Source: Candidatus Freyarchaeum deiterrae (GTDB taxonomy: Archaea; Asgardarchaeota; Jordiarchaeia; Jordiarchaeales; Jordiarchaeaceae). From it: a DNA stretch of 64,000 bases. Shown piece by piece: positions 30,957 through 40,645 of this stretch. The notes beneath the pieces were generated by a model. That model was not told the DNA's origin and ran no database searches. It saw only the letters and a program-made list of their open reading frames with translations. Position 1 is the first letter of the stretch. Each line of letters begins with the position of its first letter. The stretch lies in NCBI GenBank assembly GCA_037305845.1, contig CP147778.1, positions 96,001 to 160,000 of the forward strand. The letters are read 5' to 3'. Both the position numbers and the translations under genes were made by a program.

Positions 30957-31673
30957 TTAGAGTATGTAAATTCGGGTTATACATTGTGGTTTATTAATTT
31001 CTAAGAGATCATAGTCACATTCATGACCCGTTGTTTGTTTAAAAAGCTGGCATAAAAATTGACAACTACCGCACTGCAGTCCGCCGCCTGGACGTTTTAA
31101 CAAACCGTCATCTAGTGCTAATTGACAAGCCTCCCTAATGTAACATTTCCATAGTATGTCTATAGTTCCATCTGTATTCCTTTTATATCCTAATTCCTCA
31201 TGTGGTACTTTCATCGCAATCGTTGCCTGACGGTACTTGGATAAAATATCCTCTGTATCAACGTTTATCTCTTTATTAATCATCCTTTTCCCAATATTTC
31301 TAGAAGCCCCTGCTGCACTAACCCGAGTTCCTACTCCAACTTGACCCTCAAATAATTTTTCCATCTTGTATCCAGCATAAGGTATGGCATTGGCAGGAAT
31401 GGGATATTTATCAGATATTGAGACCAAGTAATCTGCCAACTGGTCGAGGGTCTTAATATTTTCTGGCGGCTTTTCCCCTATTTTTCGAGCCACAAAATTT
31501 AGAGCGGACTTTATGAATCGAGGGGTGAACGCCGGCCCGTAAAATTTTTCTTCTTCTTTAATCCCTAGCATACATGCGTCTACTAGAGCTCTGGGGTCAG
31601 GTATTTTCTGTGGAACTTTCTCAAACATTTTGTAATCTGAAATTTTAATTTCCGTTATTTTCCAACACCTCAC
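30957..31673 (-). CDS. Uncharacterised Cys-rich V4R/MetOD-like protein, subtype A (copy 2)
   Basis: Paralog of 9616..10317; the codon aligned with its GTG start is ATA at 31658. Confidence 0.75.
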   Translation of the reverse strand: MRCWKITEIKISDYKMFEKVPQKIPDPRALVDACMLGIKEEEKFYGPAFTPRFIKSALNFVARKIGEKPPENIKTLDQLADYLVSISDKYPIPANAIPYAGYKMEKLFEGQVGVGTRVSAAGASRNIGKRMINKEINVDTEDILSKYRQATIAMKVPHEELGYKRNTDGTIDILWKCYIREACQLALDDGLLKRPGGGLQCGSCQFLCQLFKQTTGHECDYDLLEINKPQCITRIYIL

Positions 31674-32104
31674 TTGCTATTCTTCTCTCTATGACTAGGG
31701 TATATTTCTATTATAATAATAATATATATCCTCCAATTTATAAATTTTCTATATTGAGGGTTTCCACCACATAATTAATTTCAAGTTTTACAGCCATATT
31801 CATAATAGTATTTATTCTGATACCGTCGACCCAAGGTTTATTTTGGAGGAGTTCTCCTTTCTCTAGGTTATGATTCGTCTAATCCACCCATATCCTGCTT
31901 GATGTATTAGACTTGAAAAAGTCAAAGAATTCTCCGAGGCTACAGGTCTAAAAGTGATTAAACATGAAAAAGAGGGATTACAAGGTTTGAAATCGATTAT
32001 GGGGGAAGCACTAAATCGTGTATGAGTTTTAAAGCAAAACATCATTTCAGATTTTCCTAGTGAAGTGTAAATTTCTCTAAGAGCCTCTGTTCCTAAGTGA
32101 ATGA

Positions 32105-32812
32105 TTAAATCATATAAAGCTTCACTAGACAATGTGGTTTGTATGATTCTTTTAGTTCATAGTCCCATTCATAATTCGAAACCAGTTTAAGAAACTGGCA
32201 TATGAATGCGGATGTACCACAATTCAACCTGCCGTCGGGCCGTTTTACCCCCTCATCGAAAGCCTGTCGACATCCGTCCATAGCATAACAATTTGGACTC
32301 AATAAGTCTACGCTTCCATCTCCATTTTTCCTGTATCCGAATTCGGGGGGACAAACTTTCATCGCAACCGTGTACTGGTGAAGCTTTGATATAGCATCGT
32401 CTACATCAACAACTCTCCCTTCAACGCTTGAGCTTTTAACAGCATCTCTAGAAAAACCCATTGCAGCAACTCGAATTCCCACTCCGATTTGGCCCTGTAA
32501 ATCGTTTTCGGTTTTTGCTTGGGCGTATATAATTGCGTTGTAAGCGCGGGGATGTTTTTCACATATTGATATTATATATTTTGCCAATTGGTTCAAGTCT
32601 TGGATATCTTCGGGAGACTCTTCTCCAAATTTTTTAGCTATAAATTTCAAGGCATGCATTATGAATCTGTTGGTGAATACGGGACCATACATGTTTTCCT
32701 CTTTCTTCTGTGAACCTATAATTAATTCAACAAAGGATTGAGGATCGGGCTGTTCAGACGGAGCCTTAAGCATTACAAAATCTGAAATTTCCAAATCCTT
32801 CAATTTCCACAT
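32105..32812 (-). CDS. Uncharacterised Cys-rich V4R/MetOD-like protein, subtype B (copy 2)
   Basis: Paralog of 12339..13046. Confidence 0.75.
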   Translation of the reverse strand: MWKLKDLEISDFVMLKAPSEQPDPQSFVELIIGSQKKEENMYGPVFTNRFIMHALKFIAKKFGEESPEDIQDLNQLAKYIISICEKHPRAYNAIIYAQAKTENDLQGQIGVGIRVAAMGFSRDAVKSSSVEGRVVDVDDAISKLHQYTVAMKVCPPEFGYRKNGDGSVDLLSPNCYAMDGCRQAFDEGVKRPDGRLNCGTSAFICQFLKLVSNYEWDYELKESYKPHCLVKLYMI

Positions 32813-33329
32813 CTCACTTGCGATTAATTTTATCTATATAGTTACATTAAAATAATATTTTTAAATTAATATTTTTTTTCCTACAAGTTTTATAACGAAT
32901 CCCATAATTTTTCTAGAATCAATAATAAAGGAAGTGCTTAATCGAGAGTGGTCTAACTTCTCAAAGATGCAATCCCCCTGGGTAAAGTATTATGTTTTAT
33001 GAAAAATTAGCTATGGCTCTATTTTTCACTGTTACTATTATATTAAGAAATTTCAGAGAAAATAGTTTCTCCAAAGATTTTTTATTTGATATTTTTAGAC
33101 TGGTTAATTCAGTTACCTTAACTAGAAATTTGCACGACCATTTTCTAAAGTTGAATAGCGAAATAAGCTGTTTGCCGCAGAATTAATGCACTCAAGTTTA
33201 TTAGTGTGGAAATCCAAAAAAACGTTTAAATATTCAGACATATTATCTAATTCAGTTTATATGTTTACGCCTAAGATTTTAGGCAGTGCATGATTAAAGA
33301 AATTCCAAGCGATGTTGAGAGGTGTTGAT

Positions 33330-34535
33330 ATGGCGGATAAGATTAGTCGTGTTGCAATTATTGGAGCGGGAACGATGGGGTCTGACCTTTCTCTTGAATT
33401 CGCTCTCTGCGACTTTGACGTGGTTGTAAATGATATATCGCAAAAGGCGTTGGATACTCTGGAGAAGAGACAGAGACAAACTATGGACGAACTGCACGCA
33501 CTAAAGTCGCCGCCGAAAGAATCCCAGAAAGAATACGACACAGTTAAAGAGAGAATAACTACCACCAATAAACTCGAGGATGTTAAAGACGCGGATTTCG
33601 TTCTCGAAGCCATAAAAGAGGACTTGAATGTGAAGAGGAAGCTTTTCTCTTATCTCGATGAGAATCTCCCCGGAGTGGTTCTCGCTACGAACACCTCAAG
33701 TCTGAGGGTCTCGGACATAGCTAAGGGATTGGAGGGAGCAGACAGAATCGCGCTTATGCACTTTTCAAATCCATTAATTATAAGCCGTTTGGCTGAGATT
33801 ATGAAGGGAGAAGAAACTAGCGAGGAAACCTTGGAAACCATTTCCCGGTTAGCTGAAAGGATAGGGAAAACTCCTGTGGTCCTAAGGAAGGATATGAACG
33901 GAGCTGTTATGAACAGAATTCTCGTAAGCATTAATAATGATGGCTTAATGGCACTCGATAAAGGAGAGGCAACACAAAAGGAGATAGACGCCTCATTCTT
34001 CAGAGCGATTGGATTCATACTGGGAATGACTGGAACCATCGATGTAGTTGGATTAGACGTTGCGGTAGACGTAGGCCGGTATTTAGGTAGGGCTTATGGT
34101 AAGCGCCTCGTACCCTCCGTTGGAGTGGTGTTAGAGAATGTTAAGGCGGGAAGATTGGGGAAGAAGAGCGGCATAGGATTCAACGATTGGAGTAAAGGGC
34201 CTCCCGTAGCAGACAAAAAACTTGCGAGCAGGTATGATGATAATAGAATATTTGCCATGGGGGCGAACGAAGCCTTCTGGGTAATGAAGGACCAGATGGC
34301 TGACCCCAAAACAATAGACACCATCCTAAAAGGCGGCTTCAGGTTACGAACTGGAATATGCGAGTCGGCAGACTCCATAGGTTTAGATAAACTGAGCGAA
34401 ATCCTGAAGGGACTATACGCAAAGTATGAATTAGAAATGTATGAGACCTGCCCCCTGTTCGATGAATATGTAAAGAAAGGTTGGACAGGTAAAGCAGCCG
34501 GAAGAGGATTCTACACTTATCCAATCGAGTCTTAA
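33330..34535 (+). CDS. 3-hydroxyacyl-CoA dehydrogenase with two C-terminal domains
   Basis: GAGTMG, EAIKE, NTSSL, MHFSNP, GKKSGIGF and GKAAGRGFY; GAGGTG RBS before ATG 33330. Confidence 0.92.
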   Translation: MADKISRVAIIGAGTMGSDLSLEFALCDFDVVVNDISQKALDTLEKRQRQTMDELHALKSPPKESQKEYDTVKERITTTNKLEDVKDADFVLEAIKEDLNVKRKLFSYLDENLPGVVLATNTSSLRVSDIAKGLEGADRIALMHFSNPLIISRLAEIMKGEETSEETLETISRLAERIGKTPVVLRKDMNGAVMNRILVSINNDGLMALDKGEATQKEIDASFFRAIGFILGMTGTIDVVGLDVAVDVGRYLGRAYGKRLVPSVGVVLENVKAGRLGKKSGIGFNDWSKGPPVADKKLASRYDDNRIFAMGANEAFWVMKDQMADPKTIDTILKGGFRLRTGICESADSIGLDKLSEILKGLYAKYELEMYETCPLFDEYVKKGWTGKAAGRGFYTYPIES

Positions 34536-34994
34536 GCCGTTAAGTTCAGCACCTAAAACAAACTGAACTGAAAATCGCCCAAGGTTACTTAAAGAAGGAG
34601 TAAAAACCTTCTCTCCTATTTTTTGGTGTAGTTGATTATTGAAAATTAGAGAATATTAAAAGCGCTACTTCATAAAATTTTGTGAATGCATTTTATTGGA
34701 AAATCTTTCAAGAATTTATGTCACGCTACATTTCTGACTAGGGTTGCGTAAAATCGCTAAACTAAGAATAGTTAGTTTCTAATCAAGCTAAGGTTCATTT
34801 GCATCGTTTTAGAAAGAAACAAATCCACCTTTCATTTTCTTAAGTTCTCTCAAATTCCTCTTCTAGCTCTCTTTTCACATTTCTTTTTGACTTAATCTAG
34901 AATGAATATTAACCAAAAAGGTACCTTCCAAAGGAAAAAATTACACTTTATTTTCGCAATAACTTTTTATTCTTTAAGGAGGTGAGGTTATACT

Positions 34995-35207
34995 ATGAAG
35001 TTTAGAGTTGTTATTGAACTCGATGAAGACGGGATTTACGTTGCTCAAGTGCCCTCCCTTCCCGGCTGCATTTCCCAAGGAAAAACCAGAGCGGAAGCCT
35101 TGGAAAACATAAAGGATGCAATAAAAGGTTATATCGAAAGCTTGAGAAAACACGGGGAACCCATACCTCCAAGTATTGAGGAAGAGCTAGTTGATGTGAA
35201 TGTCTAA
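34995..35207 (+). CDS. hicB: HicB-family antitoxin (short, no DNA-binding domain)
   Basis: VPSLPGCISQGKT..EAL.NIKDAI. Confidence 0.92.
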   Translation: MKFRVVIELDEDGIYVAQVPSLPGCISQGKTRAEALENIKDAIKGYIESLRKHGEPIPPSIEEELVDVNV

Positions 35208-35424
35208 GCTTCCAGTAGTTTCAGCACAAAAAGTTGTAAAGGCTCTCAGCAAAATAGGATACGAATTTGACCATCAAACCGGAAGTCACATAATTCTAAG
35301 GCAAAGAGATTTTCCACACAGAAGATTAACTATTCCAAATCACAAGGAGATATCTAGGGGAACCCTAAGGGCAATAATCAAAGAAGCCGGGTTAACCGTG
35401 GACGAATTCGTAAAACTACTCTAA
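35200..35424 (+). CDS. hicA: HicA-family toxin
   Basis: QTGSH, TIPNHKEI..GTL; overlaps hicB by 8 nt. Confidence 0.92.
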   Translation: MSKLPVVSAQKVVKALSKIGYEFDHQTGSHIILRQRDFPHRRLTIPNHKEISRGTLRAIIKEAGLTVDEFVKLL

Positions 35425-35738
35425 TTTCGAGAGTCTTAAGCAGATAAGAGTTTTTTAGCTTGAGATATTTAATCGCTTATCTTTTGTTTTCCTTGTAATC
35501 GACTTATGCTTTTAGGGTTCCACATTCCCTTATTTCTATTAACGGTCAACTGCATCTCTCCAGTAAATTAAAAAAAGGATTTTTATGAATAGAGAGAAAC
35601 CGGTATATCTAAACTTGATTAAAACAAATAACATATATGAGAATAAAAAATTTGGAAAACCGTTTAGGATAGTTAAGGAAATAGTTTCACAATATTACAA
35701 AATGAAGGTTAAGGAGTATCGTGTTTTTCAAGTTGTAG

Positions 35739-37229
35739 TTACTCTTTAACTTCGAGTAACTGATCTTTTTCTATTCCAGCTATTCTCTTAGCCAGTTTCT
35801 TTTTGAAGTCCATGTTCACTTCTCTTTCGATCATAATCCTTTGTGATTGTGGTGAACCTGCACCGTGCATTGATTCAGTTCGGTATCCAACGGCTCCCAG
35901 TCCCATTGTTAGGTTTTCTATGAGCCTGAGCATGCGTAGTCTGTCCTCAGTTGGGCATCCACTAACGCCCTTTAGGTATTTCTCCACGAATTTACCTATT
36001 TTGGGATTTTTGAGATCTTTCTCCGATGGAGCAGTTACCAGCAGGCCGCCCGCGATGTCTTCTGCCAGTCGGGCAATCTCGTAGGGAAACCTGGTTACGT
36101 TGTGCTTGCAGATGTTCGCTAATAGGGTGTTAACAAAGTAGGTTCCTGATGGTTTTTTACATCCTTCCGAGGAGCATGCTATTCCGCAGGAGTATATTGT
36201 TTCGTTCAGGTGATTCATTTCAACGAGTTTGTCTTTTACGCTTGATGCTCCTGACGTTCCGTTATACTCGGCGATGTTGGCTGTTGCACCTATCAGTACG
36301 TCGCCCACACCGGATTTGCATCCGCCGTAGCTTTGTCTGTGATAAGCTGAGAAAGTATCAACAAGTGGCCATGCGAACTCGTACTCTCCGCACATGAAGA
36401 CTCTCTCCCAGGGCACAAAGACATCGTCGAAAACTATCATCACTTCCTGCCCTCCGTACGTCGGATTCCCCATGTCAAATTCTCCTCCTTCGAGTTTTCT
36501 TGTATCGCATGATTGTCTGCCGTAGATGTAAATCAGTCCTTCGGTGTCGCTTGGAACCGCGAAGGAAACAGCATAATCCTTATCGTCCTCACGCATGGTA
36601 CGGGTCGGCATAACAATTATTTCATGAGAGTTAACTCCACCGGTTTGGTGAACTTTTGAACCTCTAACCACGATGCCGTCGTCTCGTCTCTCAACAACCC
36701 TCAGATACATGTCGGGGTCCGCTTGCTGGCTGGGTCTCAAGTTTCTATCCCCTTTTGGGTCGGTCATAGCACCGCAGCACACGAGGTCATTTTCTTGAAC
36801 ATATCTCAAGTATTGATTGAATCTATCATAATATGTGGTTCCCAGCTTTTGATCCATTTCAAAGGTTATGATTGAGAGAGCGTTGAGGGAGTCCCATCCT
36901 ACGCATCGTTGAAAACACGTGCCAGTTTTTTGGCCTAATATCCGCTGTAATTTCACTTTCTTAATTAGGTCTTCGATATTCTGATGAATGTGTGTAAAAC
37001 GATTAATCTTTTCTCCCGTGAGGTGGGATGTTGCAGTGGCAATATCCTCATATTTTGGGTCGTTTGCCACTTCGTAGGTAGCGGCGATAGAATTGATTGA
37101 TGGTCTTATGACCGGGTTGTCGACTGGGTTTTTTACCTGCTCCCCGAACAGATATACGTTAAGTCTTCGCTTACGTAGGCTTTCTATATAGTCTTCTCTA
37201 GTTTTTAGAGTTATTTTAACCACCACCAA
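35739..37229 (-). CDS. abfD: 4-hydroxybutyryl-CoA dehydratase
   Basis: CFQRCVG, AMTDPKGDR, YHRQSYGGCK, TESMHGAGSPQ. Confidence 0.93.
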   Translation of the reverse strand: MVVVKITLKTREDYIESLRKRRLNVYLFGEQVKNPVDNPVIRPSINSIAATYEVANDPKYEDIATATSHLTGEKINRFTHIHQNIEDLIKKVKLQRILGQKTGTCFQRCVGWDSLNALSIITFEMDQKLGTTYYDRFNQYLRYVQENDLVCCGAMTDPKGDRNLRPSQQADPDMYLRVVERRDDGIVVRGSKVHQTGGVNSHEIIVMPTRTMREDDKDYAVSFAVPSDTEGLIYIYGRQSCDTRKLEGGEFDMGNPTYGGQEVMIVFDDVFVPWERVFMCGEYEFAWPLVDTFSAYHRQSYGGCKSGVGDVLIGATANIAEYNGTSGASSVKDKLVEMNHLNETIYSCGIACSSEGCKKPSGTYFVNTLLANICKHNVTRFPYEIARLAEDIAGGLLVTAPSEKDLKNPKIGKFVEKYLKGVSGCPTEDRLRMLRLIENLTMGLGAVGYRTESMHGAGSPQSQRIMIEREVNMDFKKKLAKRIAGIEKDQLLEVKE

Positions 37230-37370
37230 TTACTCAAAGTCATATTTCATCTTCGACAGATAATTCCTCACTATTAAGTGTTTGGGGTCTACGCTAAGCG
37301 GATTCAGTCAAATTTAAAAGAAGGATAAATGGGATAATACTCAGCTTGGATTTGGAGAGGTGAATTCAAC

Positions 37371-38168
37371 ATGCCTTCAGTTAATGTTAATGGTTTAAAG
37401 ACGTTCTATGAATCCAAAGGAGAAGGGAGACCATTGCTTCTGATACACGGAGCTGGTGGTACCAACGCGTACTGGGGTATCCAGCTTTCCGAACTATCAA
37501 AGAAGCTTAGAGTTATTGCCATCGATCTGCCGGGGCATGGAAAGACCGAGCACCTGAAAGAAAAGGCTACTACAGAACGATACGCTGAACATGTAGCTGG
37601 TTTCATGAAGCAGATTAAACTTAACCATGCAACTATACTGGGCCACTCAATGGGTGGAATTATAGTTCAACAACTAGCCTTGAAACATTCCGAGCTGTTC
37701 GAGAAACTCATTATAGTTGACAGCTCTGCTAATTTTCCTGGTCTACCCGGAACTTCGAACCAACCCGGAAATTCGGAAGCCCTTCGCAACTTCTTTCTCA
37801 ATCAACCACCTGAGGTGCTTCAGAGGGTAATTATATCTAGGCTTTTCTCTAAGAAAACGCTCGAAGAAGGACACCTATCCCCCTTGCTGAAATACCTTCC
37901 GCAGGACGCGGTTTCTGACCCTAGCATTTGGGTTACCGATTTTGAGGCTGGACGGGGAGTGGACTTGAGAGAGAAGATTAAAGATATCAAGATTCCAACA
38001 CTGATAATGGCAGGGGCAGATTCCCTAATTCCCATCTCAATGGCCCAGCTCATGCATGAAAACATTAAGGGTTCGGTGCTTGAAGTGATTCCCGATGCAG
38101 GGCACATGCTTATGCTGGAAAAACCAGACCTATTTAACGAGGCTATTCTAAGGTTCATTGAATCGTGA
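37371..38168 (+). CDS. Alpha/beta-fold hydrolase
   Basis: IHGAGG, DLPGHG, GHSMGG, AGH. Confidence 0.92.
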   Translation: MPSVNVNGLKTFYESKGEGRPLLLIHGAGGTNAYWGIQLSELSKKLRVIAIDLPGHGKTEHLKEKATTERYAEHVAGFMKQIKLNHATILGHSMGGIIVQQLALKHSELFEKLIIVDSSANFPGLPGTSNQPGNSEALRNFFLNQPPEVLQRVIISRLFSKKTLEEGHLSPLLKYLPQDAVSDPSIWVTDFEAGRGVDLREKIKDIKIPTLIMAGADSLIPISMAQLMHENIKGSVLEVIPDAGHMLMLEKPDLFNEAILRFIES

Positions 38169-38298
38169 TTTTCGTCAACCTACTTTTTTTATCACATAAT
38201 TCATTTGGAGTGGAGTCTACAAAGTTTAGTCAGCTAAATTTAAAAGAAGCATTAATGAGATAATACTTTAAGCTTGGATTTGAAGAGGTTAATTCGAC

Positions 38299-39066
38299 AT
38301 GCCTTTAGTTAATGTTAATGGCTTGAAGACATTTTACGAGTCCAAAGGGAAAGGAAGACCATTGATTCTGATACATGGGGCGGGTGGCAGCAGTGAGTAC
38401 TGGGATATTCAGCTTTCCGAACTCTCAAAGAAGCTCAGAGTCATTGCTATCGATTTGCCGGGGCATGGAAAGTCCGAGCGCCTGAAAGAAAGGGTATCCA
38501 TAGAGCAGTACGCTGAGCACGTAGCTGGTTTCGTAAAGCAAATTAAACTCGACCAAGCGATTATATTAGGTCACTCAATGGGTGGACTGGTGGTTCAGCA
38601 ACTAGCCTTAAAGCATCCTGAGCTAATCGAGAAACTCATTATAGTTGACAGCTCTGCTAAGTTTCCCGGTTCCGGTTCACTGGGATTTGCGGATCTCGTT
38701 CGCAACCAACCTGAAAAGCTTAGCGAACTCTTGCCCATGTTCTTTTCTAAGAAAACCCGCTCAGAAGGGAACTTGGCTTCAATACTGAAACACCTTGAGC
38801 CGAGTTCGGTTTTTGACCCTAACATTGTAGCTGACGATTTTGAGGCCACAGATGCGGTAGACTTAAGAGAGAAGATTAAAGGGATCACTGTTCCAACACT
38901 GATAATGGTTGGAGCAGAGGACATACTTCCCCTCTCACTGTCACAATTTCTCCATGAAAGCATCAAGGAATCGGAGATTGAAATAATTCCCGACGCAGGG
39001 CACCTGCCCATGCTTGAAAAACCAGACGAATTTAACAAGGCTATTCTAAGGTTCATTGAATCATGA
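38299..39066 (+). CDS. Alpha/beta-fold hydrolase, tandem paralog
   Basis: Same motifs; high identity to 37371..38168. Confidence 0.92.
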   Translation: MPLVNVNGLKTFYESKGKGRPLILIHGAGGSSEYWDIQLSELSKKLRVIAIDLPGHGKSERLKERVSIEQYAEHVAGFVKQIKLDQAIILGHSMGGLVVQQLALKHPELIEKLIIVDSSAKFPGSGSLGFADLVRNQPEKLSELLPMFFSKKTRSEGNLASILKHLEPSSVFDPNIVADDFEATDAVDLREKIKGITVPTLIMVGAEDILPLSLSQFLHESIKESEIEIIPDAGHLPMLEKPDEFNKAILRFIES

Positions 39067-39165
39067 TTTTCGTGAACCTAATCCTTTTATTTTATAATTC
39101 AGTTAGGCGGGGAAAGAGTTTAAAAAGTAATAATTGATTGTTTTCTTAATCATGAGTTGTAGTGG

Positions 39166-39750
39166 ATGATTATGCCCGGTAAAAAAGTTTTGATTGCTTA
39201 CGGTACTCGTTATGGAAGCACGGAAGAAATTTCCCAAGAGATTGGGAAGATTTTGAAAAAAGAGGGACTGGAAGTTCAAATTGTTGATCTTAAGAAAACG
39301 AAGTCTAAGGAATGGCCTTCTTTGACACCGTTTGATGGAGTTCTAGTCGGGTCTAGTGTTAAGATGTTCAGATGGATGAATGAGCCCCAGGAATTTCTCA
39401 AGAAACACAAAGCGGAAATCCAGAAGAAAGAGAAGATTCTTGGCGTGTTTGTGAGTTGTGGCATGGCTTCGGTTCCAGAAACTTGCGAGAAGGCGAAGAG
39501 TGATGAAGTGGAGAAAATTTTGGCTAAGATAGGAATTGAAGCGGATATTTATGATGCCTTCGGAGGAGTTTACGATTTTTCTGAATCTTCGAGAATGAGT
39601 GGCATGGACAAAAGAATGATGAAGATGGGCTTAAAACAAATGGAAAAAGATTATGGTATGAAAATAGATGAAGAGGGAAAAAATGATTTTCGGGACTGGG
39701 AACAGATTCAGAATTTCGCAAAAAAATTTGCAGCAATGGTAAAGAAATAA
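39166..39750 (+). CDS. Flavodoxin-domain protein (HemG-like)
   Basis: YGTRYGSTEEI FMN loop, FGG, DFRDW. Confidence 0.88.
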   Translation: MIMPGKKVLIAYGTRYGSTEEISQEIGKILKKEGLEVQIVDLKKTKSKEWPSLTPFDGVLVGSSVKMFRWMNEPQEFLKKHKAEIQKKEKILGVFVSCGMASVPETCEKAKSDEVEKILAKIGIEADIYDAFGGVYDFSESSRMSGMDKRMMKMGLKQMEKDYGMKIDEEGKNDFRDWEQIQNFAKKFAAMVKK

Positions 39751-39775
39751 ATGGATATCATTTGTGAAACAAGAA

Positions 39776-39872
39776 TTCGGTGCTTGAAGTGATTCCCGAC
39801 GCAGGGCACATGCTTATGCTGGAAAAACCAGATGAATTCAACGCAGCTATTCTAAGGTTCATTGAAGCATAA
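39776..39872 (+). pseudogene. 3' remnant of an alpha/beta hydrolase
   Basis: SVLEVIPDAGHMLMLEKPDEFNAAILRFIEA*, near-identical to the 3' end of 37371..38168. Confidence 0.9.
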
Positions 39873-39972
39873 TTTTTGCTACCTAACCCTTTTTTCACAG
39901 CATATCTCATTTAGGCTAGGAAAGAGTTTTAAATTAATAATTGATTGTTCTTTTAATCATGAGTTGTAGTGG

Positions 39973-40557
39973 ATGATTATGCCCGGCAAAAAAGTTTTGA
40001 TTGCTTATGGTACTCGTTTTGGGAGCACGGAGGAGATTTCCCAAGAGATTGGGAAGATTTTGGAAAAAGAGGGACTGGAAGTTCAACTAGTTGATCTTAA
40101 GAAAACGAAATCTAAGGAATGGCCTTCTCTGGAAAACTTTCATGGAGTTCTAGTCGGGTCCAGTATTGCGATGGGTAAGTGGATGAATGAGCCCCAAGAA
40201 TTTCTCAAGAAACACAAAGCTGAAATCCAGAAGAAAGAGAAGATTCTGGGCTTGTTTGTGTGTTGTGGCTCGGCTTCGTTTCCCGAAACATGTGAGCAGG
40301 GGAAGAGTGATTACTTGGAAAAAGTTATGGCCAAAATAGGAATCGAAGCGGATATTTATGAAGCCTTCGGAGGAGTTTATGATTTTTCTGAATCCTCAAG
40401 AGTGAGTGGCATGGCTAAAGGAGCGCTGAAGATGGCAGCGAAATATATGAACAAAAATCAAGGTACGCAAATAGATTTGAACGGAAGGAATGATTTCCGA
40501 GACTGGGAGCAGATTCAGAATTTTGCAAGAAAATTTGCAGCGATAGTAAAGAAGTAA
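39973..40557 (+). CDS. Flavodoxin-domain protein (HemG-like), tandem paralog
   Basis: Near-identical to 39166..39750. Confidence 0.88.
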   Translation: MIMPGKKVLIAYGTRFGSTEEISQEIGKILEKEGLEVQLVDLKKTKSKEWPSLENFHGVLVGSSIAMGKWMNEPQEFLKKHKAEIQKKEKILGLFVCCGSASFPETCEQGKSDYLEKVMAKIGIEADIYEAFGGVYDFSESSRVSGMAKGALKMAAKYMNKNQGTQIDLNGRNDFRDWEQIQNFARKFAAIVKK

Positions 40558-40645
40558 ATGGATACCATTTGTTAAAACAAGAAAGAAGTCTGTGGGAAAC
40601 CAAAATCAAACCCTTACTTAATCTTACCTTGACAGCGCCTATTTT

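Noticed and set aside
31840-32030. Degenerate + strand coding fragment between the A/B paralogs
   Set aside because: Multiple stops, and the family cannot be assigned by eye.
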